DNA from: the human T2T-CHM13v2.0 reference genome, Homo sapiens
DNA length: 64,000 nt
Reading direction: 5' to 3' (one strand)
Assembly: GCF_009914755.1 (NCBI RefSeq)
Contig: NC_060940.1
This document shows, piece by piece, positions 1-17,244 of this stretch. The position numbers and the translations under genes are program-made. The notes beneath the pieces were generated by a model. The model saw only the letters and a list, made by a program, of their open reading frames with translations. It made no database searches and was not told the origin of the DNA. The number at the start of each line of letters is the position of its first letter. Positions within the stretch are counted from its first letter, which is position 1.

Positions 1-1439
1 TTGTTACATTTGGTGTTTAATAGATTTATTTCACAAATGAGAAAACTAAGACCAGAAAGAAGATATCTTTTAGAGGCGCTAGTCTGTTCAGGAGTTTCTG
101 AATCTGTCAGACTCAAGTCTCAATAGAGTCTCAATCATTGCTCTGCCACTTTTGAGCCAAGACAGTAAGTGACTTACCCTCTCTGAGCCTTAGTCTCCTC
201 ATCTGTAAAATGGGGATGATACGGATACTCCCTCCTAGGCTGATCTCAAGGAGTCACATACTAAACACCCAATGAATGGCTGCTATTATTAGCAATATAA
301 GAAATTGTCTAATGCTTTTTTCTGTGTTTCATGTGGCCTCAGGAGTGGCTCACAGAAGGGGCAGCAAAGCTTAGATAGGAGAGACCTGGTGCCACCAGTT
401 CCGCTTCCCAGAGCCAGGGCTCACTGTGAAGGAGGTGGTAGAACCCGTAGGACAGCAGGAGGGCACTGAGGGTGACTGAGTCCTCAGAACGCAGCAGCCA
501 CCTTCCTGGAGTCTGTGAGACACTTTCTTCCAGCCCGCTGGGAGTGTCTGGGGCCTAGTATGGGGACTGGGTGGACAAATGTGGCCCCTGAGCCTCTCCG
601 CCTCCCCTCCTGGCTGGGTCCCAAGACTGATCTGGGCAGGAGGCAGCAGGGTAGTGCATTTGTGGGCGGCTGGATTGGGGCCAGGGGAGCCAGCAGCCAG
701 ATTCAGTAGGAAGGTGACAATTTATTCCTTTAAAAAGAGTGGGGGTGGGGGGGAGCCCTGAGTTCCACTGATGTGTTTTCTTTTCCTAACAAGCTCAGAA
801 CTCCCAAAGGCTTTGACCCCCAACCCCAGCTGGGAGACCTTGGGGGCCTCTGATGTTGCTAATTGAAGGAAAAGACCATGTGGTTTGGCCTCCTGGTTTC
901 CAGAGCAACAGCCCCTTTGTGCATCCCCTCCCCTCTGCCTCTCTCCCTCCACTTCCCCTCCCCCACCACCAGTCTCATCTCTTCCCTCTTCTCCTTCTCA
1001 AGTTCCCGGCCATGCTAAACCATTTCTAATTCTCCAACGCTCCATTCTCTCTCACACCTCCAGACCTCTGCACACACTGTGCCCTCCCCCCGGAACACTC
1101 TTTCTCTAACTCTTGTTCATCCTCCGGGTCTCAGTTGAGACAGCACCTCCTCTAAGAAGCCTCCCAGATCTCCAGGTCTGGGTTATGTTCCACTTTTAGG
1201 TGTTCCTGTGGCAACACCCTCTTTTCCCCCATCCAGGAAGGGAACTCATGACGCCGTGTCATAATCACCTATGGGATCCTTGAAGATGGGGACAGGGCAG
1301 CCACCAATTCAACTAGGGAGAGAAAGGGGCAAACAGCCAGTTTCTAAAATAATCGAGGGGGCTGCTCCCTGAAGTTTTTGCTGGCATGATACACATCCAC
1401 AAATTACATGCTAATGACATCTTTATTTTTGCTCTTCTT

Positions 1440-1751
1440 TTTCTTTTTCTTTCTTTCTTTTTTTTAGAGACAAGGTCTTGCTCTGTTGCCCAGGCTGGAG
1501 TACAGTGGTATGGTCATAGCTTGCTGCAGCCTGGAACTTCTGGGCTCAAGTGATGCTCCCTCTTCAGTCTCTTGAGTAGCTGGGACTACAGGCATGTGCC
1601 ACCACATATGGCTAATTTACAAAAAGTGTTTTTGTAAAGGTGGAATCTTGCTATACTGCCCAGGCTGGTCTCAAACTCCTGGCCTCAAACGATCCTCCTG
1701 CCTTTGCCTCCCAAAGTCTGGGATTACAGGCATGAGCCACTGCACCTGGCC
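1440..1751 (-). mobile_element. Alu (AluJ-like)
   Basis: Full dimer in antisense with T-rich tail. Confidence 0.9.
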
Positions 1752-1969
1752 TGTGCTTATTTTTCTTAGGTTTGGTCTTCATAGACCATAAGGCTCATGA
1801 GGTCAGAAGGCGCATCTGTGTAGTATACCACACAGTATCTTCAGCTTGTAACCTACTGCCTGAGACCAAGTAGGTGCTCAAATAGTACTTGTTGAATGGA
1901 TAAAGGAATTAATGAAGGACCAGACCATCAAGATTGGAGCAAAAGGAAATGGGCTTAAATGCAGTAGGA

Positions 1970-2185
1970 CTCTCTAGGTTTGGAGCTAGACAGGCTGGCT
2001 TCAAATCCCAGCTGGGAGCTGTGCGATCTTGGGCAAGTTGGCCAACCTTTCTGTGCTCTGGTTTCTTCATCTGTGAAGTGGGGGTGATAGTGGCACCTAC
2101 CTGGTAGGATGTGTGAAGATTGAGTGTATTTTTCTGTATCAAGCATTTAACACAATGCCTGGCACACAGTGAATGCTGAGTCAGA
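1970..2185 (+). mobile_element. MIR
   Basis: Core ctctggtttcttcatctgtgaagtgggg...cctggcacacagt. Confidence 0.75.
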
Positions 2186-2819
2186 GTTGGCGCTGATTGT
2201 TGTGTTGCCATGGTTACCTGACTGTCAAGCTATAAAGCTAAAGAAATCCCTTCACAAGAGACAGATTAGCAGAGGCTGGCTTGGGGTCAGGCTGATGAAA
2301 GGCCTTCTATTCCCAATTCCTTAAACCCAAGAGGTAAAGGAGGAGGGGGAAATGCCGTGCAGGCTGGAGTTAATGATCGTTTTGGTGCAAGCCAGCGCTC
2401 TTTTCCACCTCCCAGGTCCTCACAATTAAAGGCCTTTGCCTGCCCTGTTGGAAAGGGGAGTAATTGAGCAGTGACCTGTCACAGCCCCATTTTCTGGTGT
2501 GTTTCACCCCTGGCATCCATAACCACCAAATTACTCAGTGGAGAAAACCTAAAGGACCAGAATGGGGAGGTGGGGTGTAAATGGCTCAAGGAACTTGTTT
2601 TCCACTCTGGGAGGAGCAGACAGGGTTGGAGGCAGGGGTTCTTTTTGAAATATCCACAGTCTTTAAGACCAAGGACCCTTTTCCCCTTCTCACTCCACTC
2701 AGCCCCTTTCATTTAATTAATTATTAATTCCTCTTTGCCAGGCTCTGTTCAGTGAGAAAATGAATGAATGAATGAATCAGTAATTCTACAGGCTCCATCT
2801 TTCAGTCTGGCACACTGTA

Positions 2820-2960
2820 GACCAGGGCTTCCCAGATTTTCACATTCACAAGAATCACCTGGGGCTCTTATGAAAATGCAGACTCCGATTTGGAAGGCCT
2901 GGGGTGGGGCCTGGGAGTCTGAAGGTCCCAGGGGATGCTGAGGTTGGCCTTCGTAGCAAT
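2820..2960. mobile_element. MER5A (hAT-Charlie) fragment
   Basis: agaatcacctgggg...aaaatgcagactcc...ccaggggatgctga. Confidence 0.7.
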
Positions 2961-4067
2961 CGTTGTCCTAAACAATATGCAAAACCAGGATCTGGCAACC
3001 TCTGCTTTCAGGACTTGGTTAAAAAAACTCCAGGAATGCCATCGCAGTGTCAGGACTCCTGGTTTCAAAGGCATGAGTTATGCACACAGCCTTCTCACCA
3101 TTTTCCCAAGAGGCTGCCCTCAAGAAGTGGTGTTTGATTCCCTACATGTATTTATGCATTCAAGCCCAGTCATTGTGCACCTACTACGTGCCAAGGCACC
3201 AGAGGAAGAGGAATGATCACAACAGATGCTGATGGGGATAGAGGAGGAATGTGTGAATGTTGAGGTGCAAGGGGCTCTAAAAGCATTTATCAGAGGCTCC
3301 TACCTCATCTTCCCTGAATAAGTCACTGCAGCAGAGACTCAAAGGAGAAACAGAATTGGCTGAAGTCAGGTCAAGGGAATTATCTGCAAAGGTCAGAACA
3401 TGTCTTTGAGAAATGGCAAAAGTGTGGGCAAACCTGGAGCACAGAGTAAGGAGGGGGTGAATGACAGAGAATAAGCTAGGGGCAAGCAGTTCCCAAAGGC
3501 AAAGGGAACACCTGTGAGGTTTCAGGGAAATGAGGTCAGGCTGTTCCAAGGAGGAAGAATGCCTCTGGACCTGGGAGGTGAGACAAAGCAGGAAGAACAG
3601 CTAAAAGGTGTTGAGAAGGTCTTCATGGGAGAAGGTCAAAAAGAATGCAGAAGGGGAAGAAAGAACAGACTGAATTAGAGACGTGTTTAGGAGATGGAAT
3701 AGACATGACTTGAAAATTGATTGGTTGTAAAGAGGGGAAAAAAGAGATTATTTTTGGCAAATTATCCAACAATGCTAAGAAATTCTGAGCAGTTCCAGCC
3801 AATTCTTGTCAATTTTATCTGATCCCAGCCAATACTAGAGAGAGTAGTTTATGTCAAATAAAACATGCAGGTAGAGTCAATGTAACAGACATCCTAAGTT
3901 GGATCTGAGCACAAAAAAGGAAAACACTGAGTAACGTCTGGAGTTTAGGTAATCATGTTGTAGCCATGTTCATTTCTTAGCTTTTTAATATGTTAACATC
4001 AGGGGAAACTGGGTGAACGGTATACAGGAACTCTCTCCACACACTATCTTTGGTACTTTTTAATTTT

Positions 4068-4363
4068 TTTAATTTTTTTTTTGTTTTTGAGACAGGGTCT
4101 TGCTCTGTCACCCAGGCTGGAGTGCAGTGCTGCAATCCCAGCTCACTGAAGTCTTGACCTCTTGGTTTCAAGAGATCCTCCCACCTCAGCCTCCCAAGTA
4201 GCTGGGACTACAAGCACATGCCACCACTCCTGGCTAATTTTTGGTAAGAGACAGGGTCTCACTATGTTGCCCAGGCTGATCTCAAACTCCTGGGCTCAAG
4301 CGATTTTCCCACCTTGGCCTCCCAAAGTGTTGAGATTACAGGTGTGAGCCGCTGCGACCAGCC
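4068..4363 (-). mobile_element. Alu (AluJ-like)
   Basis: Antisense Alu dimer. Confidence 0.9.
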
Positions 4364-4367
4364 TAAT

Positions 4368-4715
4368 TTTTAATTTTTAATGGGCTATAGTAGGTGTATA
4401 TATTTATGGGGTACATGAGATATTTTGATACAGGCATACAGTGTGTAATAATCACATCAAGGTAAATGAGGTGTCCATCACCTCAAGCATTTATCATTTC
4501 TTTGTGTTACAAACACTCCAATTATATTCTTTTAGTTTTTGTTAAATGTACAATAAAGTATTGTTGACTGTAGTCACCCTGTTGTGGTATCAAATACTAG
4601 ATCTTATTCATTCTGTCTAACCATATTTTTGTACCCATTAACCACCCCCACTTTTCCCCTGTCTTCCCCACTAACTACCCTTCCTGGCTTCTGGTAACCA
4701 TCGTTGTACTCTCTG
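4368..4715 (-). mobile_element. L1MA-type 3' end
   Basis: taggtgtatatatttatggggtacatgagatattttgatacaggcat is the antisense L1MA 3' UTR. Confidence 0.8.
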
Positions 4716-5524
4716 ACAACTTTTCTGTAAGTCTAAATTTATTCCAAAATAAAAAGTTTATTTAAAAAAAAAAAGAGGTAGAAGACAAAGAGAGCAGAGA
4801 CGTCCAGATTACACAATATGGTGAATTTGAGACTACAAGCTCTTCCCACTACCGCCGTGCAGAAAGGTCACATGAACATCTGCAAACATCCTGCTCAAGT
4901 TAGACTGGACTTCTAAGGAAGTGAGGGGGGGTGCCCAGGGGCCAGAAACCAAGATAGAGATAGAGAGCAAAGCAAGCATATTGCTCCAGAGCCCTAAGTA
5001 GGGCATCAGCCTTCGTAATGCTTGGACTGGGGTTTTAACACCCACGTGGGGTAGGAGGGGAAGTCAGAGCTATCTGAAGCAGGGAATTGAAACTTGAACC
5101 CTTTCTTAGTGCAGAAACTCATGAAGAGTTTCATCTTCAGTGGAAAGGAAACCAGGGGAAAAACATCCTCCTACAGTCAGAGAAAGATGACAAAGAAGTT
5201 TACCTCATTCTAAACTCAGGGGAGAAAGTGCTAGACTTCCCTTCTGCAGACTTCTTTAGTGAGGTCCATGTCGTTAAATTTAAACACAATGTTAAAGCAA
5301 TGTCTTCAGTGCTTTTAAGCCATGGGCTAGGATTAGTAATACATTTTAACTCTAAAATTAGAGAAATAGCCCACACTATACTTCTCATTAGTTGCGGGGG
5401 CTGTGTCTTAATTTTTGTTCAAGAAAATAGGAACAGGCTAAGAAATGTGAATGTTTGCTGTGATGTTTTGTGTTGCTGTGCTGTGGGGTTATTTTACATT
5501 TTTGGAGTCCTGCCTTCCATCTGG

Positions 5525-5720
5525 GGCAGGGTTTCTCAGTCCTGGCACTACTGACATTTCGGGTCGGATGATTCTTTGTTGTGGGGAGTTGTTCAATATA
5601 GGATGTTTAGCAGCATTCCTGGCCTCTACCCATTAGATGCCATTAGCACCACCACTTCCAGTGGTGATAACCAAAAATGTCTCCAGACATTGTCCAATGT
5701 CTCCTGGCAAGGGGCGGCGA
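5525..5720. mobile_element. MER20 (hAT-Charlie)
   Basis: gggtttctcagtcctggcactactgacattt...aaatgtctccagacattgtccaatgtc. Confidence 0.8.
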
Positions 5721-5809
5721 TAAAATTCCCCCTCACTGCTTGAGAGTGATCAACCAATTTCAGTTCGCTGGGAACTGTAGGAGTGCCCAGGATGTGGGAC
5801 TCTCAGGGT

Positions 5810-6111
5810 TTTGTTGTTGTTGTTGTTGTTTTGAGTCAGGGTCTTGCTCTATCGTCCAGGCTGGATGGAGTGCAGTGGCGTGATCATGGCTCATTGCAAT
5901 TTCGATCTTCCATACTCAATCGATCCTCCCACCTCAGAGTAGCTAGGACTACAGGCACACTCCACCACTCTCGGCTAATTTTTGTATTTTTTATAGAGAT
6001 GGGGTTTTACCATGTTGCCCAGTCTAGTCTTGAACTCCTGGACTCAAGCAGTCCACCCACCTCAGCCTCCCAAGGTGTTGGTATTACAGGCGTGAGCCAC
6101 CACACCCAGCC
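5810..6111 (-). mobile_element. Alu (AluJ-like) inserted in a MER96-like MITE (about 5743-6172)
   Basis: Antisense Alu with (TTG)n tail; the host ends in ttggtcacccta. Confidence 0.85.
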
Positions 6112-7829
6112 AGGACTCTTGATTTTAAAACTGGGATGGTCCTGGTCACACTGGGATGGCTTGGTCACCCTACTTTCATCTCTAATATGAGTATGTAGGG
6201 TGCCAAGTAATTTTAGGACAGGTGGGAGTGAGAAAAGTGGTTTATCACCAGCAAAAACTGAGTCATCCCAGTCACTCCTGGACAAACTTAGCCAAGTTCT
6301 CATGGATGAGTGTCCTTGGTTACTGAGTGGAAAGAAGGTAGAAATGATTTGCTGGTAGAAATGATTTGCTGCTTCTCATCCATGCTAAGGGAGAAACTGC
6401 TGAAAAAGTCGTCCCAGGCAGCGATTCAGTAGAGCCTTTTTGTGTTGTAGGCAGTGCTCAAAAGTCCCTACAAAGAGCTCAGCAACACCCAGCGTTACAA
6501 AGGGTCCATCAACTCTCTTGGCCATTGACCCTTTAACGCATCAAGATGATGTCCTCCTAGACCAATGCTCTCCATCAAGAAAGGAGGGACCTGAGTCCCA
6601 GAAAAGGGTGGGGACAGGCCAAGGTGCTGTGCCCACTTACCTCCCCCAGCAGAGCTCCTTCCTTTTGACATATAGAAGAGGATTAAGAAAGCCAATTCTG
6701 AACCAACAGGCTCCAGTTTGGATACTGGCATGCATTGAAAGAGAGTTGGCCAGGATTGATCAGGAGGGATGGGGAGGTACCCCTGGTCAGCACAGCCGCT
6801 GGGGTTGGGGACAGGCTGTTCTGGTCAAAGGGGAAAGCCCAGTGGTACTGACCAGCCCTGAGAAGCATGGCCTGGAAACTGCCTGCCTAGCACAGCTATC
6901 TTGATGAAAGCAACTGTCCCTTTCTTTCCCCAGAGAAATGCACAGAGGTGCACACACACTTTTTATTTTACATTTGATTTTGGGAAATTCACTGGATCCC
7001 TGCAGCCCATCAGTTTTGGTTATAAAACCCTGAGCTAATCATTAATAGCCGTACATTACACAATCCATATATCCCAAGTACTTGGTGACTTTATTTGGCC
7101 CAATCAGTTGACCCAGTAACTCCATGAAGCAGGTGCTATAAAGACTGTGAACTATTCTTAGACCCGCTAATTTCCCATCATGAAGCATCATGCCAACTTT
7201 ATGAGCAAAAACTTGGGAGTTGGGAAGCCTAGGTTCAAATCCTTACTATGCCACTTACCTACAGGATGATCTTGGGCGAGTTACTCAACCTGCCTTAGCC
7301 TCAGTTTCCCTATATTTCCTTGGCATACAGGGAAACTATAACAAATGCTCAATGAATGCTGTTCACTACTTTATTACTTCATGAGTTCAGCCAACCACTA
7401 TAGTGGCTTGAAGGCAAAGATTCCACTAAAGGGTGACCTTCACCCACCCCTGAGTGGATGGCTACAAAAGGGACCCCAATGATCATCTAGTTTGAAGGTC
7501 AAGATGGGAAAGAATGAGCCAGCATCTCACGGCAGGTCAGATACAGAGCTGGGGGTAGGACCCAGGCTCTCAACCCCAGTCTAACAGATTCCACCCCTGC
7601 CCACTGGCTGTCTTCATGGATAAGCCATCCAACCTAGTATGAGAAAGGTTCTCAGCCTGCCTGTCTCCTCTCGCCAGTCATCCTGAGTCGTGGTTTCCAA
7701 AAAAAGTATCTCTTAAGAAGCTTTCAGAGGGGCTGAGACTTGAGAGAACTTTACTGTCTCAAACATGGGGTTTTTAAAAATTTGTTTCTTTTTAGAATTA
7801 AGAACAAATCCTGAACTCCAGGAGTTCGA

Positions 7830-8330
7830 TGGGCAAAGATATAAATAGTCTTGGCTATAGCTTGGCAATAAACATGTGGGAAAATGTGCAGTCTTGCCAG
7901 ATAGTCCAGCATTGCAAATTGAAACAAGATACCCTTTTTTTGCTTATAAAATTTGCAGATTGCCATGAAAGTGATAACACTGAGCTCTGGCAAGGGCAAA
8001 GTGAGATGGGCACTCTCAGACATTACCATGGGAGGATAAATTGCTTTCAGGAGACAATTTAGCAAATTGTATTAAAGCCTTAAAAATCTCTCCTCAGAAA
8101 ATCAGCAGAAATGCCAAAAAAGCTTTATGCACAAAACTGCTCATCTCAGAATTATTTGTAATAGTTGAAAAAACAGAGAAACTATCTAATTATCTAAAAA
8201 TAAGAGAATGATTAAATAAACTCTAGGAGAGCCACTCAGTAGAGGATTCAAGAGCTATTTAAAACAATGTTTACAAAAATGTATAATGACATGGGGGAAA
8301 TGCTTATACTCTTTAATTTTTAGAAGTCAG
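7830..8330 (+). mobile_element. Old L1 (L1ME/MC-type) 3' fragment
   Basis: Degenerate L1 3' motifs (gggcactctca...caatttagcaaa...gaatgattaaataaact). Confidence 0.55.
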
Positions 8331-8445
8331 AATATCGACTGGTATGTAGAGTACCATATAATCACATTACATTAAAACATCACTGCATACAAATGTGACA
8401 TGAGAAAAAAATGTATCAAAGCATTAACATTTTCCAGGTGTTCTA

Positions 8446-9449
<1,004 letters not shown>

Positions 9450-9565
9450 TAAGTGGGATCCCCAGTGCCCCATAGTTCAACTAAGCACCCCCTTGGGAAA
9501 TGGGGTGGAGAATGGTATTTCCAACTGGCATTTCTCTTTGGTAATTGAAACTATTTGAAAAAAAT

Positions 9566-9680
9566 GGAGATGGAGTCTTGCTATGTTGCCCAGGCCACTC
9601 TTGAACTCCTGAGCTCAAGTGATTCTCCCCCTTAGACTCCCAAAGTACTGGGATTATAGGCATAAGCCAAGTGCCTGGCC
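9566..9680 (-). mobile_element. FLAM / Alu left monomer
   Basis: Antisense monomer with aattgaa flanks. Confidence 0.85.
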
Positions 9681-10511
9681 AATTGAAGCTACTTTTTATC
9701 CAACCTAATTTCTCATTGAAACCATCCTTGGCTATAGAAGGCAAAGCATTCAGCAGGGGTAGCAAATAGCATGCCAGAAGATCCACCTTTATAAGTGCCA
9801 GTCTTGTGCTGTCCTCTGCTCTGTATCCTGTGATACAACTGATACACTACATATATAAAGAATATGATGTAAAGAATATGAGAAATCATAACTGATACTT
9901 ATTTGCTGCACGTTTCATGTACATCATGACATTAAAACTCCCTCAAACCATATTACATAGGTATCTTCATTTTACAGATTAGGAAGGTGAGGCTCTGAAA
10001 AGGTAAGTAACTTGCTCACATGACACCACTCTTAAGTGGGAGAAACCAGTTTTGAAAGCGTGGATTCAGATTCCATAGCCCACCCTCCAAGGCCTCCTTC
10101 CACATTCCTCTGTCTCCGAAGCCCCAGCTACAATGACCATCTCAGAGTTCTCCAATTTGGTCCAGCTCTTTTACTTCTCCATACTCTTGGGCATTATATT
10201 CCCCCTGCTGGGAATTCCATCCCTATCTTCTCCTCCAGGTAAATACCTCCTCAATCTTCAAGACAGCTCTGACAACATCTCTTCACTGAAGTTACTTCTG
10301 ACCCCCTAATTACACTCATTACCCAGCTCTCCTGGCACACTCCCTTTATCACAGCTTTGCTACCTTTTTTGCATCTGACTTCCCTGCTGATTTGTGAGTT
10401 TTCTCAGGCCAGGTGTGATGTGTTCCATTGGCACCCAAGCTACAAATCACAATCTTATCTCTGTTCTTCAAGAATCTCAGAAACTACTTTAGAAAGGGGG
10501 TTGGTTTTTTA

Positions 10512-11170
<659 letters not shown>

Positions 11171-12172
11171 ATAGAGAAGGAGTATTTTATCTTAGTTTCC
11201 AAATGCATCTTGAATCCACTCATCTCTTCCTCCAACAGATGTATTGAACAACCAGTGTATTTTCAGTGGGGCTGAGGGATATATTGAGACAGTCAGGGTC
11301 CAACCAGGAAAACAAGAACCACTACAGGTGTCTAAAACAGATAATATAGGAAAGTGATGGAAGCTCAGAACTGAAAATGGAGTAGTGAGGCAAACTAGAG
11401 ATACATAGGAGCAGAAAGCCAATTCCATGCCTGAGTTGGAGGACAGGCCAGTCCTATGGGAGTTGGAGCCATGGAGGAGAGGCAGCCCCTGCCAGAGACT
11501 CCCAAGCCGAGGGGGAAAGAAATACTCTGGTTTCTCCCTCCTACCCATCCACCAAAGACTCATAAGTGCCTCCCATTAACTGAAAGCCAGCTAACATGGA
11601 GCCCTATGAAAGGCATTCTTCAGGGATCAAATCTGCTATGAGAGCACAGCACAGTACAGGATTGGCACTTGTAAAGACAGAAGACATCAATTCTCAAAGA
11701 ATTCCTAGCCTGTAGAGGAAAATGAGATATATTCAATAAAAAGCAAATGCAAAAGTGATTCCAAATCAAGGCTTTTCTCTAGACAGCCCTCATTGTACTT
11801 GCAACCTCAGTTGCATCAGAAGGACCCTGAACATGGAGAACCAAACTAACCAGCCAGCCCCTGGGAGAACAGGAACTTTGGGCTACAAGCTGTCAAGGAT
11901 TGGATAGAAAATAGTCATGGAAGCTTTCCTGGAAGTACTGGTCCTGGATCAGGATCTTGAAAGATTGGGAAGCGTAGGGAATGAGGGCAGCAGATGTTCA
12001 AAATGAAGAAAACTGTGGGGGACAGTATGAGCATTGATTAAGGGCATCAGAGTCAGGTAGTTCTAGACTGTAGTCCCAGCTCCATCACTTCCTACCTGCA
12101 CAATCTTGACCAAATCACTTAAACTCTAAGCCAAGAATTCTCAACTTGGAAATAGCAATAATCACACTGATC

Positions 12173-12494
<322 letters not shown>

Positions 12495-12991
12495 TCACAC
12501 TGATCTTTTAAACTTGTGAGGCATTAAAAGTGATCATGCCTCTAAAGTTCTTACACAGCACTTGGATAACTCCATGCCCAGCAGTAGGAGTTATTATTAT
12601 TATTAGTTATAATAAACTATAATTCTGCCTCAAGGAGGCCAGTGTTTTTTAACATTCCATATCAGTTCATCTTTCTGAGAGTGAGCAAGGCTTGTCTCAC
12701 TCTTCCACTTTCCTTCCTCTTTTTCCTCTTTCCTTTCCTCCAAGAGTGTATGTTAAGTAACTCTCTGCAGTGACTGGCTGGAGCACTGTGTTAAGACAAA
12801 TTCTGAGTGCCAGAATTCTAAGTGCTTCTAATCTGGAATTGATTGGCAATCAATTCCACTTCACTAACACAAAACTAAGGAGAGTGACTATGAGTGCTTG
12901 GATTTACTACTAATGCCTCAAGAAAAAAGAAATCTTCTAATGGTGGGTATTTTAGATAAGGTGGCAGCCTTCATAGAGCAGTCATTTGGAA

Positions 12992-13145
12992 GAAGCTGAT
13001 GGGAGCAGATACACCTTATTGCAACATAAAGGGTACCTCAACATAGCCCTGTTTTGAAGTGAATTATTGAAGCTGATGGGAGCAGATACATGTTGTTGCA
13101 ACACAAAAGGTACATCGACATGGCCATGTTTTGAAGCGAAGTATT
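12992..13145. repeat. Diverged 77-bp tandem duplication
   Basis: gaagctgatgggagcagataca...gttttgaag(t/c)gaa(t/g)tatt starts at both 12992 and 13069. Confidence 0.85.
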
Positions 13146-13849
13146 AGGTCTATGGCTGATTATTATCATTCTGTATTGATTTCTTTGACATACTAAAGTT
13201 CGCCTTTTAGTGCCATGTGGAAGCCAATAGTGGGAATCATTTTTTTCAGTGGGATCTGTCATCTGGGCCTGTGAATGATTTGAGTGAGGTGTGCCCACCA
13301 TTTGTCCATTTGCTGTCACATCCCTTGCCCATTCTTCTAACCTCTACAAACAACCTGTTTCAGGCTCGTTGATATGGGCCCTGGATGAGCAGTTGTTTTG
13401 GCTTTCCTTCAGCGTCTTCAATGCAGCAGTTCCAAGTTTTGCGTCCAGACATGGCTACAACCTAAGGAGAAAGGGCAGTGCTAGAAACTTGGGTCTTCTC
13501 CACATACCTCCCTCCTTTCATCATGGAGAAAAATATTTCCAAGATGTCCCCACAAACATTGCCTTAAATCTAACTGGCCATGCTTGGTCATATGGCCAAT
13601 GTTAGCTGCAAAGGGAGCTGGGAAAATAAAATTTGGCTTTTCTGGGTCATAATGAAGGCAATGGGGTAAGGGATTAGGAATGGCTATGGGATAGACAACC
13701 AGTAGTATCTGCCCCAGTGCCTGGTTGTTGTGAGAACGAAATGAGTTCATGCACTTAAGACACTCAGCACAGTACCTGGCATGAAGTCAGTGCTCAAGAA
13801 ACATTTTAATGATAGGATGAAAATAATTGTGTTCATTTCTCTACCTCTC

Positions 13850-13990
13850 TGTTTATCAGTCTATCTATTCATCTATCCATCCATGTATTCATTCATCCAC
13901 CCATTCAACCACCTATCCACCTACCCATTCATCCATTTGTCTATCCATTCATCCATCCATTCATTCATCAATCTATCCATCCATCTCTAC
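13850..13990. repeat. (TCCA/TTCA)n low-complexity tract
   Basis: Direct inspection. Confidence 0.85.
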
Positions 13991-14657
13991 TTCTTTGTTG
14001 TTTTTGGCAGTGGACTCTCACCAGGGTCCTCCACTGATTCCTTTTGTTGGGTGAATTATTTGATAAGCTCTTTGAAATAGAGGATAAGAATCCCCCCAAA
14101 AGACACCCATGACTTCTAAGGATGGTGGGCTGTTAACTGAGGGACTTCGTTTTGCTAAGTGGGCAATGCAAGTTGAAGCCTAGAGCTGAGTTTCCCAGGA
14201 AAACAGAGATTTTGGAGATGGTATGTGAAAAAAGACTAGGAGAGAAGGGGATATATTATAAATGGGCAGTTTAAGGAGGGTCTCTGAGAGAGAACAGAAA
14301 TGACTAGTGGAAATTTTCATTTATTTATGTGATGTATGCAATGCAATGTAAACTCCTTTCATTGTCTCTTCATCATATCTTCAATATAATCCACCTCATT
14401 TGCTAGTGTTTTTGAGATGGATTTAAATTTTTAGGGATGAGTAGCAGTACTGAGTCCTTCTTTGAACTGGCATAGGTCAAATCCAGAGATGCCCATGTAG
14501 GACCGGCCACATATGGGTGACTTAATGAAAAATGGAGGCCGAATTGGATCATATCCTCTATTTACTTTGGTCCAGGAAGGTAAATATGGATTGCTTTCAA
14601 TTTTTGACTCCATCCTATGAAAAGAGGCCATGAGGAATCAGCTACTATTATTCTTAA

Positions 14658-14822
<165 letters not shown>

Positions 14823-15024
14823 TAAGCTTTTCACATCAGTGCCAGGTCACGGCTATGCACACAGCATATAGAGAGAAATCAGACACCAAGATGTCACAGT
14901 TAGAGCATGACCAATTTGTGAAAGACATTTAATGATGTCCTACTAAATGATGGGAACAGATAGCATGGTCAGAGAAAACCTGTTTGGCTTGGGTTCTCTT
15001 AAAAAAAAAAAAAAAAAGACACTA

Positions 15025-15432
<408 letters not shown>

Positions 15433-16387
15433 CTAAGACACGTGAAAGAAGATCAGAGAGGAAGGACTGGGTAGGGAGAGCCTCAGATCACAGCACAGTG
15501 CTGAGAAAGTCTTGGCTAGGCCAATGGGGAGTCCCCAAGGAAAGATGCCCAAGACTGGAATCCTGCACTGGGCAGAATCCTGCACCAGCACCATTACCCC
15601 TGACATGCTGAGTCACTGGCTAGGAACAGCCTGGAGGAAGCATTGTCTCACTGTGAATGCAGTGGCAGCTCCAAAGAGGCAGAGGCATGTGCTTATCACA
15701 GACAAGGCAGTGAATCCAAGGCGGCAGGAGACCTGGGGCTGTCCATCATCAACTCTGCTTTCTTCTGGTCCTCCTGAAGGCGATCTGGGTAATGTACTTC
15801 TGTGGCTGCCACAGCCCTCCTTAGTAAGAGATATTTAAGTTAGTGTCTAATGGGTAAATAGGAGTTAGCCAGAGACAGCATATTCCAGGTAGAGGGAACA
15901 GCATGGGTCAACATCCTAAGGAAGAGGAGGTCCTGGCACATTCAAGGAAGTTAATTAAGGAAGACCATTGTGATTAGAGCGCAGAGTGGGGTAGGGGTGG
16001 GTGTATAATAAGGCTGAAGAGGATAGCTTGGACCAGATCTCTGCAATGTCACAGCAAACTCCACCTGGAGATTTTTGTCCTCAAATTTTTCCTGGGCAAA
16101 CCACATACTGAGTCTCTATTTTGCGTGTATGCTTCTTGCCTTGCTCAGGGCACTATAGGGAATAAGGTTCCAGTGCCAGCTCCTTTTCTGCCACTTACTG
16201 GCTGGCAGGTGACTTTGTGCAAATTTAAAAAACCTCTCTGAGCCTCAGTTTTTGTGTCTGTAAAATGGGGATGAAAATAACAGTGCCTTGTGAAAAGAAA
16301 AATAAGTGAGCTAATGCATGTAAAGAGCTTAGCGTGGTGCTTAGCATATTATAGGAACTCATTAAGGATGATGAATATTGCTCTTAA

Positions 16388-17048
<661 letters not shown>

Positions 17049-17244
17049 GATTTTTTAAATCAATAGACTTCAACTGGCAAGAACACATAGAGAAGTTATA
17101 ATTTTAAAAACACTAAAATGTCCATTTATAATAACTCTAAAATTGGATTATAATTACATTAAATCAGAGTTAAAGAAACTTGTATTGAAAGACCTAATAA
17201 TAATAATAATAATAAATACAAGAAAATGCCTTTTCTTCTTTTCA

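Noticed and set aside
5087-5554. 155-aa plus-strand ORF in intron 1
   Set aside because: Non-ATG start, no recognisable domain, and its end runs into MER20.
6338-6371. 17-bp perfect tandem duplication gtagaaatgatttgctg
   Set aside because: Ordinary slippage duplication with no sign of function.
6440-6904. 154-aa plus-strand ORF in intron 1
   Set aside because: Non-ATG start with no homology or exon signals I can support.
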